Shown here: positions 11,901 through 20,611 of the stretch, piece by piece | Layout of the letters: every line of letters starts with the position of its first letter | Position numbering within the stretch: position 1 is the first letter of the stretch | Virus record (IMG/VR): IMGVR_UViG_3300047476_001428 | Location: 1 to 56,190 of that record | Length of the DNA stretch: 56,190 nt | Strand: one strand, 5' to 3' | From: a virus | Taxonomy: Duplodnaviria; Caudoviricetes | The notes under the pieces: generated by a model | Seen by the model: the letters and a program-made list of their open reading frames with translations, nothing else | What the model was told of the DNA's origin: nothing | Databases searched by the model: none | Made by a program: the position numbers and the translations under genes

Positions 11901-12499
11901 TTACCATAATAACCTTTAAGTGTTAAATAAAATGTTGGGTATGGTAAGTTAAAGAAACAGGCGTATTCAGAGTTTTCACCCTTCTCAAACAAAGCTCTAC
12001 CTTGAGTATCAATCAAAGTCATCTCAACCGTAGGTGTCATACTACGAGTATTTCTAACCCTAATGGATTCGATACCTAATAAACCAGTATCAGAACTGTT
12101 TATTGTATTTTGTTTAATGTAGAATTCGTTTGTTTTATTTTGTTGTTGGATATTATCTTTAGATGGTTGATTTGTTCCTCTACCACTAACAGAATTTAAT
12201 CCTGTTATTTCATCTAAATAATCATTTGTTAAGTTTGTTTTTCCACCAGGTCTTAAAAAATTAATCGATGCAATTGGTGTCGTTTGAACCGAATCTAATA
12301 AATTTGCACCAACAGCAAGTTTTGTTCTTGGTAACATTTTTGCTTCCAAGTTGGCATACATAACCAAATTTTCATGATGAATTTGTCTCTCTTGTACCGT
12401 TCCGTCAAGGTTTACCGTTTTATTCGGGTCAACCAACACAACGTTTTGATAGTCAAAGTCAACTAATATATTGTCATTTGTCTGAAAGTTATCTGCCAT
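5975..12499 (-). CDS. Very large baseplate hub-like virion protein (gp27/GpD-like elements)
   Basis: 2174 aa in the tail module. The segment 'CRVESLGNVMIQPTMYFNL..FRGPYMIQSVEHVI' resembles the last barrel of gp27/GpD hubs. Confidence 0.6.
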   Translation of the reverse strand: MADNFQTNDNILVDFDYQNVVLVDPNKTVNLDGTVQERQIHHENLVMYANLEAKMLPRTKLAVGANLLDSVQTTPIASINFLRPGGKTNLTNDYLDEITGLNSVSGRGTNQPSKDNIQQQNKTNEFYIKQNTINSSDTGLLGIESIRVRNTRSMTPTVEMTLIDTQGRALFEKGENSEYACFFNLPYPTFYLTLKGYYGKAIRYQLILTNFSAAFEGNTGNYRISLKFYSYKYTVLAETQVGALFATPYMYSTNYKISATAAQTGAVNAALASNGNTTSLTANVRTSKGMEKIKNVYKKYKAEGLIPTDLPELSVPELRIRLYTLESNLNKSFGQAEFTPLSDVNTYSETLTKLRDDITSNDPNSWFVKYIDQNKPFILDTNKTSGETITTWIYNNNIRTDKSNQSAVNAYNQLRKLIVEYKKILDENKTLGLNGNFTVDGVKYQSQISTLNALFVAPSVKEVAIPDTFRKALSPQDIDWKQTFQVRNSRVGTDAEVALLAAQESQFFRPTYQKTENDVLVPTYNFIFDGTYFGVPSFNSLIDKTFAEVSKQKEKLVLALSEFLEKKIEGPNGLGFKPTMRNIMGMIFASVEAFYLMMDDVHRDAWSQRLNPIRKRAVFDGAKTSVTPDSKNLVQTTNTNSLANIPVYPWPLYYVETNSPDGEQFELRYPGDSKEISRTRGNNFEVWPEVQFVEEYLKGIIKSQSASDTANASGDNNEGKTIARISVNAVDFPMTNLPYSNYEIVKFIYEIYERVIMSVYYDRLSRPNSSQLSVYKTISDLETSNITTALNSTSPSLVRILKSLTLTPTDILVLLRNISNDGTGPSWQQFIRGEFTSEYLKTVTNQDYSILDFDYLTPTSPSTSKNVESLTNIDQYIKSSLSTTTDFTDLYPFTSDIWSAQNLAGFTKNGNRYETTKSLVLNTDKKFISNYKPYNEKENVPFVNGLFSNLTEPLPSNDFSAFYNSRTISEKYLVTEGPVSYANNSGNVTAEQTTSLLNTPIFTNALLESINLSRIDGTLYPYVKSAYLFLNSLPLGTLRERYKDIPSATDKSLEKDLDYIFATLTKFGGVHRLPYAWILKYGSIWYRYKKYIEDNIDILDSTWTNVNVANLYDPTTSDLKTKYTFTNQQSKTFEVVGQESVVSTSPGGTNITSSTMNIGFYPKVINDVYYMATGLDLFTGYTNSQIQSGISKGLNLDNIQKSQISLPLGFDKTNPNRVLNINTWYATFNFGNNSVQIKDRFKNNTTMVIPSFGSLVNQVKDECFTTQATGTTITQEVFNNKAIQNGSVRTFWTAPNYGYFELQSIKKPDYNEYLKQIYNDKTNQDAFKLGQRYSKIEDIFGTFKKDILDSFETEFLNFSKSYLDLTHDDVANTSDSNKNFQALMTNLLFIPEVDNKINANDYVSRCSTEQMKNIGNTINGFLNYYKTFRYGNPSNFNRKLYGTFTTLPLPPSKVIDGYTYNPYVPNTLPTQGGTTTYLQSYTNNTSAWKAMYTYVGFGTQSGMTYTDNGSYFTDFFPTMNIEFTQQNVVNFAPLIKIFGTQKLKNESSATIYTKTNFIDGLNEYLTEKNNNTNEILGQLFFSLQKTLPDVTETVEKPILSAVDGTQPKLEFYESFKTFNDKWIAGTEYTDKTLFSDVLFLDRANRDIGDKILVDVFKLINFFSGTTSMDTRVIDFVSKIIADNQFQMMPLPAYINFWGVGEVKQGVTPNAESSESLANSLFGTFLDVDYRSSQPKLVCYYAGKPSEHLDMRDNADYRWRTDAFDLTRSSDNPIVSKLQGKTDWATSNKVVAFNVDFGTRNQGIFYSIQLDQNPAAATTEGNKVMTDMAMGASGRKVNTQSVSLYNLYKNRSYECRVESLGNVMIQPTMYFNLRHVPMFRGPYMIQSVEHVIDSGSFKTFFTGTRMPVYSLPLISKQIMSINQNLLNDLVQSIYRLKETATTTAQPAVNIITIGNGVQLNAKYTASPSIYCLKDIQDANTAYQKFNGIENVVTNVSIADISKTIKSIVPNNVARLMTFFTMYVNGHDDKTIYSFNHDLGGTPLGGIPFPQISYAGRNTYLTNQYACKSNFGQTTPYAVFSNFENSVRFISDYYYNKSKPSSSLIYADGRKWDNLDRDTITKYMVALWINNWPTKRFQTPEERDNWIKSNDSTFTDIIKAADEALHICEVYKLFTL

Positions 12500-12809
12500 A
12501 ATAATAGAAATAGTTGTCTAAACCATTTTTGTAGTCTTGTAATGAAGATACAAGTGGATATGGTATAGTCAATACAGAGTTATTAGGGATGTTCCATTCT
12601 AAACCCCCAAATTGAGGGTTAGCTTGTAGTATCAACCAACCAAAAAATGGTGTTCCGTAATATTCCTGTGAAACTTTATCCAATCTACTAAAACCAGTTC
12701 TATAAACGTATCTTTGGTCAGATGTTTTTGAAGGTAGTGGCACAAATGGAACCACAGTTTGTTCACCGTTAATCAAAAATTGTTGGTATCGGTTGTAATA
12801 TGCGTCCAT
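12489..12809 (-). CDS. Baseplate wedge / LysM-like protein (gp53/gpX-like)
   Basis: 'RLDKVSQEYYG...WLILQANP...IP....LTIP' pattern, size and position. Confidence 0.7.
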   Translation of the reverse strand: MDAYYNRYQQFLINGEQTVVPFVPLPSKTSDQRYVYRTGFSRLDKVSQEYYGTPFFGWLILQANPQFGGLEWNIPNNSVLTIPYPLVSSLQDYKNGLDNYFYYYGR

Positions 12810-15800
12810 TATAAGAATTTACGTTTGAAGTTGTATGGGTTTTTATCACTATTATTATTCTTATTTGAATAGATATTTTGAAGTGTTTGTTTACTTGAAC
12901 TTGGTGGTACCAAATCTTCAGAAAATACTGTAACTCTTTTTTGTGTGGTACCAAAACTTGGTGTATATTTGATATACGATTTTGCAGTATCACTAGTATT
13001 ATAATCACTTAACAATTCTAACCCACCTTTATTTGCCAAATCCCATTGAACTCTTACCGATACGTTACTTGTATCATAAAAGAACTTAACCGCATTTGTT
13101 GTCGCTTGGTCTAAGTTGTTAACCAATGCGTTAATGAAACCTTCTTTCAAATCTTTTTGTAATAAAGCTCTACTCATTAATGTATACTCTCTTTGTCTAT
13201 ATTGAGTTAAAGATACATAGTCAAATTTATCTGAAGGTGATGTCCAAGTACCAGGTGTTTTAGGTACATAAGCTGTTGTAACATAAAGTTTTGAATTTGT
13301 TAAACCCGATAAAAATGAATTATTACTATTCCCAATAGAAATATAATCATTTCTCAAAGATGTTAAACTATCAATTGTTGTACCGTTAACATCTTCAGGT
13401 GTTCCACTTATTTTATAAAGAATTGCAATGTTTTTGTTATTTAATTTACCATCATAACTAAATGATGAACCTGAAGCAATAAAGTTCATTCTATCAACGT
13501 TAAACACATATTCTTGTTGTATTGTTGATAATGTATTAACAGGCGTTGTTAAACTATTTAAGAATGTTGTACGATATGTTTGAACATAATTTGTGTAGTT
13601 TTTCTTAAATAATCTTTTTTGAGCCGCAGTTATTATTGGATTAGTGAATTCATAACTACTGAATATTTCTAAATTTCCGTCATCAATATCTTTTAATAAC
13701 TGTCTAAATGTTTCGTCAACATATGTCTGTGTGTTTTGTGGCTTACCATACAATGAAACATCCAAATCAGTTGTTGAGTTGAATTTACCTGTATTATAAG
13801 CTTGGTTTTTATCACCATAATTTAACATTGACAAAATACCATAATTGTAATTTGTCAATACACTATCAAACATATTAAGTGTTGAGTTGTAATATTCTTG
13901 TGTTTGTGTAACAAGATTATTCATAAACGTACCATAGGTTAAAGTACCTGTTTGACCACTTGCAGTCGTTCCTGTTGACACGAATACACCAATAGTATTA
14001 CCACCACTATTACTAATGGTATTATCAACATTTGATACCCCCACTGTTGGGTTTTGGTTTATAATACCTTGAATAACTTGTTTGTCTAACTTACTTGTAT
14101 CTTCAGTAGCCTCAGCTCTTTCATCATACATTTCAGTATTGGCGTAGTAGTTAAATGATAAAGCATTTTGTAATGTATCGATTGGGTTTTTCAATCCCAT
14201 ACCACCAACTAAGTTGAAACTTAAATTAACTTCAACAATCATTGGTTGGAAACCAATACCTTCAGGATTCATATCCCATGTCTTATCATAAGCAAAGTTT
14301 ATACCTGTTGGTATTATTTTAGTGTTAAAGAAATCACCGACCCTCAATACTAATACTGGGGGTGCTCCAAATGATGTGTTTAACGCATCATTGTAAAGTT
14401 TCTCACCATTTGGTCCAATCGTAGGAATTGTTTCACCAGGTCTTGCACATTGTTGTAAGAACGTTAATCTTGAGTTCAAACCTTCAGGTGTCATAGAGTG
14501 AAACGCTGGTTGGAAGTACTTTAACTTTTCTTTAATTGAATCGTAAATAAATGGATTGTCGGCTTTAAGAACCTCAAAGTAATCACACTCATTCAACAAA
14601 TATCTTAATAACTTTTTAGACGCTCCTTTATATAAATCTTGTGTTGGTTGTACTTGTGGTGGTGTTGGTTTTTTTGGTTCCAACTTTTGTCCATTCTCCA
14701 AAGTAGTTTGTTGAGCAGCATCGTTATTTGGTTGTGGGTTTGGTTGTTCAGGTATTACCACAACCTCAGTCAAAATAACCGCTCTACAAGACATTGCATC
14801 TGTAGAGTAGGTTCTATCCTTACCCGTAGTATCTTTGGTACAATCAGCAGAACCCCAAGCCTTTTTATCAGATTGGATTGGTGTGATATTATTCAACTCC
14901 TCACCAACAGCATTTTGTGCTATTAATATTTTTGTTCCGACTAAATCACCTAAACTATTTGTTCCGTCAAATTTATATGTCTTCAAAAATTGTGTAACAG
15001 AATCAATTCTTCTTGCAGATAATTTAAGGTTATATTCCTTCTCAGCTGGCGGTGACGCACTACCTTGTAATCTTAATACAACTTGCGATGCTTGTTTTTG
15101 TGCAAATAAATTATATAACTCTCCAACAAGTTTTTGTAAACTTGTGTAGTTATCCTCTACAACACTTGTAAAGAATTTTTGAGTTTGTCCTGAAGTTGCT
15201 GGATTGTCAGCAATATATTTTTGTTTGTTTGCAACTGATGTGTAAGCTGCATATGCGGTTTGGAAATCAGTTGATGTTGTTAATTGTGGGTTAGTACCAG
15301 GAACATTATTATCGAAATAAAAACCTAAGTTAATAAACTCATCAAATGTTTTTTGTGGTGTAGCATCAGTTTGATTACCACCGGTTGTTGGACCTGTTCC
15401 ACCAACTGGTTGTATATTATCAACCGCTTCTTTGAATTGTTCTTGAGTAACTTGTGGGTTATTAATAACTTCTTGCCAAGCCTGTAATTCAGTCAATGGA
15501 ACCGTGTTGTAAATTTGAGCTAAGTCGTATAAGTCATATTTTTTACATCCGGCAAAGAATGAATTAATAATTGAATCAGCCTTTTGTCTGTCACCTTCGT
15601 TAGCCAAAACTCTATTAACAATCAAATCCATAATAGAAGGATGGTCAACAATCATCTTCCACTTTAATGTTCCACTTCTTGATGTGTTTCTATAAGTGTA
15701 AATTGGTTCAGGTCTTCCTAAAAATACGTTCTCGTTAAATTGTGGTCTTGTATCCTCAGTGATTGCGATATCATATGGGGGGAACCACATAATTCTACCA

Positions 15801-17713
15801 CCATTTGGACCTTGTTCACACGCTGGTAAATCACTTACACGGTAACCGGCTCTATGTCCTGTTCTCCACGCTAAGTTCTCAATAGAGAATAAATATTTTT
15901 TAACCTTACCTTGAGTTATTCCATTTATACTTCCTGTCGTAACCACACTATCACCACCTTTTTCAGGAGCGATGTTTAAGTTATATGTAGAATCTAAAAC
16001 TGAATAACTAAATTTACGAATATTACCTTCTTTCTTTTGTAAATCATTAAATGAATAGTATGGTGTGTCTTTGGTAAACACACGACAATATTCAATACCT
16101 ACATTGGCTTGTCCATCACTATACTTAATAACTTGTGAACCTTTCGTAATTTCTTTGTATCCATCAAAGAATACTTTAGATGTTTGGTCAATAGCATTTC
16201 CAACGTGTCCAAAACGAGCTCCTGAAGTTGGTTGGGAATCAATTAATCGTTGGGTATTATCTAAAATAGAACCTGGTTTGAATTCGTAATTTACCGACTC
16301 CGTTGATATAACTTGGTCGGAAATTGATTGCCAATCAGGACTTTCAGTACCGTAATCTCCACCCGGCCTTTGTCTTCTACCAGCATTTGGAGCCCATTTA
16401 CCACTTACCCATGTAAATCCACCTGTAATATTACCATCATCTTCAAACGCTCTACCCGCTAAACCAAATTTGAAGTTTTTGTCAACACCTTCATACTCTT
16501 TACCTAAAATATCAGGACCATAAACAGGTGCGTTTACTTGAGCGCCGTATTGGTCGATAGGTACTTGACCCGCTGGTGATGTTAAGTACTCAGGTTCTCT
16601 TGAAGGACTACCAACATAGTAATTACCTTGACTCATATCTTGAGAGAAGGCCGCGGTGATTGCATTTCCAATAGAAGAAATAATACCCCCACCACCTGTA
16701 TTGTATTTAGGTCTATATTTGTTGGTATCTAAATTGTTAGTAAGTTGTTCTCTTTGACCTGAACCAGTATAATCTAAAAATAATTGTGAAGGTGATGTTG
16801 GTCTTGAACCAAATAACCCAAATAAACCACCACGTTTACCATTACCTGCCGCAGCAGTTGCTGATTGTGATGAATTATAATCTCTATATTGATAATAACT
16901 TCCCGGTATTGGTGAAAATGGTAATGTAAAACCGGCAATTCTTTCAACAATATCTTGTCCTTGTGATAATATGTTTCCACCACCTGAGGTAATTTTATAG
17001 TCACGAGCGATTAATGGACGTTTACCCGCAATAATCATTGCAAGTTGTACAGGGTCTTGTAGACCATTAAGAATATTAACTCTTCCTAATGTTTGAGATA
17101 AAACACTTTGGTTAACTCTTTCTTGAAAAGAATATTTTCCACGTTCAACACCAATTTGAGCAAGTTTTGAATCCGCAGAAACTGGTCCGTTATCACCTGT
17201 TGGGTCTGCTTGTAATAAAACAGAGTATGGTGAATAAGATGAAGGTCTGAAACTTGGTGGGTCCCAATAAGACGCATTCTTTTGAACATTGATAACATCA
17301 CCGATATCATAATATCTGAATACTTTATCGTTTGGACTATAGGCATTTTTTACATAAACTTTCTGTTGGAATGAAACAGAATAGTCTTGTAAAGCATTTG
17401 TATATGGTGGAAAAGCACCATATGGTCCTTGATTTGAAGTAACTTGTTGGGTATTGATTAAACCATTAATGTTTTTATTATACCCACCATTTGGACCAAA
17501 AATATTGTTGGTATACAATATATCAGCAAATGGGTCGTTATCAATTAACGCATCAGGTGAATCAATAACAGCGTAATCATTTTGAACTAAATCACCAGGC
17601 GCTGGTGAAGAAGTTGGGGTATACACGCCAGGTTTTGTATAAGGTGTTAAATTCCTTACTAAAAGTTTGTTTCTTAAAAGTTGTGTAGCACTAAAACTTA
17701 ACGGACTTGGCAT
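12809..17713 (-). CDS. Large baseplate/tail-associated protein with an internal OmpA-like domain
   Basis: 1634 aa between the tape measure and the LysM-like gene; contains 'FYFDN...LQGSAS...YNLKLSARRIDSVTQFL'. Confidence 0.6.
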   Translation of the reverse strand: MPSPLSFSATQLLRNKLLVRNLTPYTKPGVYTPTSSPAPGDLVQNDYAVIDSPDALIDNDPFADILYTNNIFGPNGGYNKNINGLINTQQVTSNQGPYGAFPPYTNALQDYSVSFQQKVYVKNAYSPNDKVFRYYDIGDVINVQKNASYWDPPSFRPSSYSPYSVLLQADPTGDNGPVSADSKLAQIGVERGKYSFQERVNQSVLSQTLGRVNILNGLQDPVQLAMIIAGKRPLIARDYKITSGGGNILSQGQDIVERIAGFTLPFSPIPGSYYQYRDYNSSQSATAAAGNGKRGGLFGLFGSRPTSPSQLFLDYTGSGQREQLTNNLDTNKYRPKYNTGGGGIISSIGNAITAAFSQDMSQGNYYVGSPSREPEYLTSPAGQVPIDQYGAQVNAPVYGPDILGKEYEGVDKNFKFGLAGRAFEDDGNITGGFTWVSGKWAPNAGRRQRPGGDYGTESPDWQSISDQVISTESVNYEFKPGSILDNTQRLIDSQPTSGARFGHVGNAIDQTSKVFFDGYKEITKGSQVIKYSDGQANVGIEYCRVFTKDTPYYSFNDLQKKEGNIRKFSYSVLDSTYNLNIAPEKGGDSVVTTGSINGITQGKVKKYLFSIENLAWRTGHRAGYRVSDLPACEQGPNGGRIMWFPPYDIAITEDTRPQFNENVFLGRPEPIYTYRNTSRSGTLKWKMIVDHPSIMDLIVNRVLANEGDRQKADSIINSFFAGCKKYDLYDLAQIYNTVPLTELQAWQEVINNPQVTQEQFKEAVDNIQPVGGTGPTTGGNQTDATPQKTFDEFINLGFYFDNNVPGTNPQLTTSTDFQTAYAAYTSVANKQKYIADNPATSGQTQKFFTSVVEDNYTSLQKLVGELYNLFAQKQASQVVLRLQGSASPPAEKEYNLKLSARRIDSVTQFLKTYKFDGTNSLGDLVGTKILIAQNAVGEELNNITPIQSDKKAWGSADCTKDTTGKDRTYSTDAMSCRAVILTEVVVIPEQPNPQPNNDAAQQTTLENGQKLEPKKPTPPQVQPTQDLYKGASKKLLRYLLNECDYFEVLKADNPFIYDSIKEKLKYFQPAFHSMTPEGLNSRLTFLQQCARPGETIPTIGPNGEKLYNDALNTSFGAPPVLVLRVGDFFNTKIIPTGINFAYDKTWDMNPEGIGFQPMIVEVNLSFNLVGGMGLKNPIDTLQNALSFNYYANTEMYDERAEATEDTSKLDKQVIQGIINQNPTVGVSNVDNTISNSGGNTIGVFVSTGTTASGQTGTLTYGTFMNNLVTQTQEYYNSTLNMFDSVLTNYNYGILSMLNYGDKNQAYNTGKFNSTTDLDVSLYGKPQNTQTYVDETFRQLLKDIDDGNLEIFSSYEFTNPIITAAQKRLFKKNYTNYVQTYRTTFLNSLTTPVNTLSTIQQEYVFNVDRMNFIASGSSFSYDGKLNNKNIAILYKISGTPEDVNGTTIDSLTSLRNDYISIGNSNNSFLSGLTNSKLYVTTAYVPKTPGTWTSPSDKFDYVSLTQYRQREYTLMSRALLQKDLKEGFINALVNNLDQATTNAVKFFYDTSNVSVRVQWDLANKGGLELLSDYNTSDTAKSYIKYTPSFGTTQKRVTVFSEDLVPPSSSKQTLQNIYSNKNNNSDKNPYNFKRKFL

Positions 17714-17755
17714 GTTATTTTGTTTCCTCTATAAATAGAAGTTAGTTTATTTTTT

Positions 17756-19615
17756 TTAGTATCCACCCGATTTACTTGGCATATTTGGGTAAGTTCCTTG
17801 TGCTTGCATATCCTTAAACATTTTTTGAATTGTTTTTTGGAACTCAGCACTATTAATCACTTGTTGTACTTGGTCTTGTGTTAATTTAATTGTTGACCCG
17901 TCAGGACTTTTCATATTAAAATTAACTTCACCTTCTACTTTTAATGGATTAAAAGCTACATTTGTCGTTTGTTGTACATTAGTTTGTTTTTCAACCTCAG
18001 GTTTTTTTGTTGGTCCACCACTAAACATCGCCTCAGCCTTTTTTCCTAAACTTGTTAAACCGTTATAGGCGGCACCGGCAGCTTCAGCAATTTTGTTTCC
18101 TGATGAAATATATGGTTTTCCAGCACTTTCAAAATCAAATTTTGAAAAAGAATCGGCCATTTTCTTAATACCACTTTCAACATCACTTCCACCTTTTTTC
18201 ATGACTTCAGCCAATTTATCTAAACCACCTTTACCTGACATCACATCAATTAAACTTTGCCCAGTTTCTTCATAAAATTTGTTGGCACCCCCAATTCCAC
18301 CTCTAACATTACCCCCACTTTCACGAGCTGCTTTACCACCAGCAACAATAGTTCCTCTAAGAACTTCTCGTAAATCTGCAGGTGCTCTTGAACCCGCGGC
18401 AGTCGCTTGTAAAGTAGCTTTGATTTCACCAAGTGTTCTTGTTTGTAACTCAGATTCAGTAAGTTGTTCACGAGCCAAATCTTCAAGTGAAACAGGTGAT
18501 TGTGCTTCTTTTAATTCTTTTAAGTCATTAGTATTTAATTGAGATACTAACTTTTGTTCTCCACTAACTTTAACAGTAAATCCACCTTTTTCTTTACTAT
18601 ATGTCGCAACATTGGCTATAAATTGTTTTGACTCTTCATCAATTCCTGGTAACTTAAAGTCTTTGGCAATCATACTCATTTTTTGACTTGCCGTTGACAT
18701 TTTAATCAACTCTTCATAACTAATACCTGTTTGTTGAGCGATTTCTCTTAAATCACGTTTAGCATTTGGGAATACCTTAAATTCTTTTGTTTTTTCATCA
18801 AAGTATGTGAATTTTTCGGTCATCTTAACAACTTGTTTCTGTAGTTCTTCAGTATCTTCTGAAGCCAAATACATCAATCTAAATGGGTCTGCCAAGTCAC
18901 CTGCAGCAACGCCCATTCTTTGAAATGCTGAAACCATTTCAACAGCACCTTCAGGATTAAACACCCTTTCAGCAAATCCAAAAATTTCCTGCATGTTAAT
19001 ACGTAATCCCGCAGCTTGTGCCGACATTCTTGCCAATCCTTCAACACCACCTTGAAATCCGTATTTATTAATGGTTGATAAATTCTGTTCAACATTTTTG
19101 AACACGGCACTTGTGTTAACACCAACCCTACGAGCAATGTCCACCGTAGACTGCATGTTATCTTTAATGTTCGCAGTTTGAATACCAGCGCTTTGAAAAC
19201 CTTCAACAACTCTACCAACTTCATTACTTGATAGACCAACAGCTTTAGCCCCCGCAAATAATCCACTAACAGTCTCACCTAAGGTTATAACATTAGTTCC
19301 TAATTGTTGAGCAATTCCTTGTTGAATTGTTTGAACATCCGCAAATTCACCCCCAAGTCCGACAATTGTTGGGTAAGCAATAGCTGCTTCTTGTCTTAAT
19401 CCAGTAATAGCTCTTTGAGTTTGACCCAAAGTACCAGCCATACTTGCGTTAAGATTGGCTAATTGTTTTTCTAATAATACAGTTCCGTCAAGAAGATTGT
19501 CATAAACCTTATTAACCTCTTCTTTCAATCCCTTAAGCATTTCACTAACAGAATTAATACTGTTAGATAACCCTGAAGTGTTCGGTGTATTTGGATTTGG
19601 CGGTGTCGCTTGCAT
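17756..19615 (-). CDS. Tail tape measure protein
   Basis: 619 aa, Ala/Gly/Gln-rich helical composition, follows the tube and chaperone genes. Confidence 0.65.
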   Translation of the reverse strand: MQATPPNPNTPNTSGLSNSINSVSEMLKGLKEEVNKVYDNLLDGTVLLEKQLANLNASMAGTLGQTQRAITGLRQEAAIAYPTIVGLGGEFADVQTIQQGIAQQLGTNVITLGETVSGLFAGAKAVGLSSNEVGRVVEGFQSAGIQTANIKDNMQSTVDIARRVGVNTSAVFKNVEQNLSTINKYGFQGGVEGLARMSAQAAGLRINMQEIFGFAERVFNPEGAVEMVSAFQRMGVAAGDLADPFRLMYLASEDTEELQKQVVKMTEKFTYFDEKTKEFKVFPNAKRDLREIAQQTGISYEELIKMSTASQKMSMIAKDFKLPGIDEESKQFIANVATYSKEKGGFTVKVSGEQKLVSQLNTNDLKELKEAQSPVSLEDLAREQLTESELQTRTLGEIKATLQATAAGSRAPADLREVLRGTIVAGGKAARESGGNVRGGIGGANKFYEETGQSLIDVMSGKGGLDKLAEVMKKGGSDVESGIKKMADSFSKFDFESAGKPYISSGNKIAEAAGAAYNGLTSLGKKAEAMFSGGPTKKPEVEKQTNVQQTTNVAFNPLKVEGEVNFNMKSPDGSTIKLTQDQVQQVINSAEFQKTIQKMFKDMQAQGTYPNMPSKSGGY

Positions 19616-19643
19616 AATTAGTTATTCTAATAAATAGAAACTA

Positions 19644-19829
19644 TTATGTTTTTGAAAAACTTTCAATAATTTTGTCAATCAAATATCTACGAGCAAATGT
19701 AGGTATCTGATGATACTCAGTCCAAGAAATATTCAAATTCTTGTTTAGAATATAAAATTCGTCTAATTGGTATTTTTTATAATCAGAAGAAAACCCGAAA
19801 AAACTCCACCCCGAAGGCGATGTCAACAT
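19644..19829 (-). CDS. Tail assembly chaperone C-terminal extension ('T'-like ORF), probably reached by frameshift
   Basis: Overlaps the 3' end of the upstream gene in the +1 frame; 'ISWTEYHQIPTFARRYLI' resembles the small helical ORFs found before tape measure genes. Confidence 0.6.
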   Translation of the reverse strand: MLTSPSGWSFFGFSSDYKKYQLDEFYILNKNLNISWTEYHQIPTFARRYLIDKIIESFSKT

Positions 19830-20532
19830 CTACCTTTTCTCCTGACGGGGTCATAACTGTTTTTCTTAAATCTAATTGGGGTTCATTTTCATTAATAAAG
19901 TTCCTTATAAACTTGGAATCCATAATTGGTAAACCTTCAACAAATTTGTTAATTGTACCTTGGTCACCGTCACCCTCGACAGATACAATTTGTTTTTGAA
20001 GTTTCCAAGTAACCTTTGGAGCTACTCTACCAACAGGATAACTTTCACCCAATTTATTAATATCTTGAATTTCTCTCCATGTTAATGGTTTAATTCTAAC
20101 ATTAACACCAGATTTTGGAAGTGTCACATCAAATGTTCCGTCTTCATTTGGTGGTACAGATGTTTTTTTGAAATCCAAAGCATCCAACATAATATCGGTT
20201 TGGAATCTCTTATTAGTTTGGGGGTCAATAACAGAAATCTTATATTCAGGACCAAAAGAAGTGTTTCTTAAAAAAATTAACAATGCTTCAATGTCACCAT
20301 TTAACATGTCTTCAGGTCTCAAATCCGGTTCATAAACTTTACTACGGAGTAAAGTCATAATCATGTCATCTCCATTGGAAGCCATGATTGTATTTTCATC
20401 AGCCGCAGTTAAGTATCCAACTTTAACCGACTTCTTTTTTGATTTGTAGAATTTACCTTCAGATGGAAGTTTAACCACATCGTGTGGTAAGTTAAATTCT
20501 TGTTGACCATATTTCATTAAATTTTCATCCAT
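19783..20532 (-). CDS. T4 gp26-like baseplate hub assembly protein / tail assembly chaperone
   Basis: 'VKLPSEGKFY', 'LTAADE', 'GDIEALLIFLR..SFG' and terminal 'EFF' pattern; between tube and tape measure. Confidence 0.7.
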   Translation of the reverse strand: MDENLMKYGQQEFNLPHDVVKLPSEGKFYKSKKKSVKVGYLTAADENTIMASNGDDMIMTLLRSKVYEPDLRPEDMLNGDIEALLIFLRNTSFGPEYKISVIDPQTNKRFQTDIMLDALDFKKTSVPPNEDGTFDVTLPKSGVNVRIKPLTWREIQDINKLGESYPVGRVAPKVTWKLQKQIVSVEGDGDQGTINKFVEGLPIMDSKFIRNFINENEPQLDLRKTVMTPSGEKVDVDIAFGVEFFRVFF

Positions 20533-20563
20533 AAAAAAAACACAGGGAATTAGTCCCTGTGTT
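20533..20563 (-). terminator. Terminator-like hairpin after the tail tube gene, abutting the next start codon
   Basis: 10-bp stem AACACAGGGA/TCCCTGTGTT with a 5-nt loop, then a T-tract running directly into the ATG at 20532. Confidence 0.7.
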
Positions 20564-20611
20564 AAATATACCTTAGATTAAATATTAATCAATATAAAAG
20601 TAAACACTATA

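Noticed and set aside
17730-17737. Plus-strand TATAAATA as a classical T4 late promoter
   Set aside because: It points antisense to both flanking genes. The consistent sense-strand reading across sites is TATTTAT.
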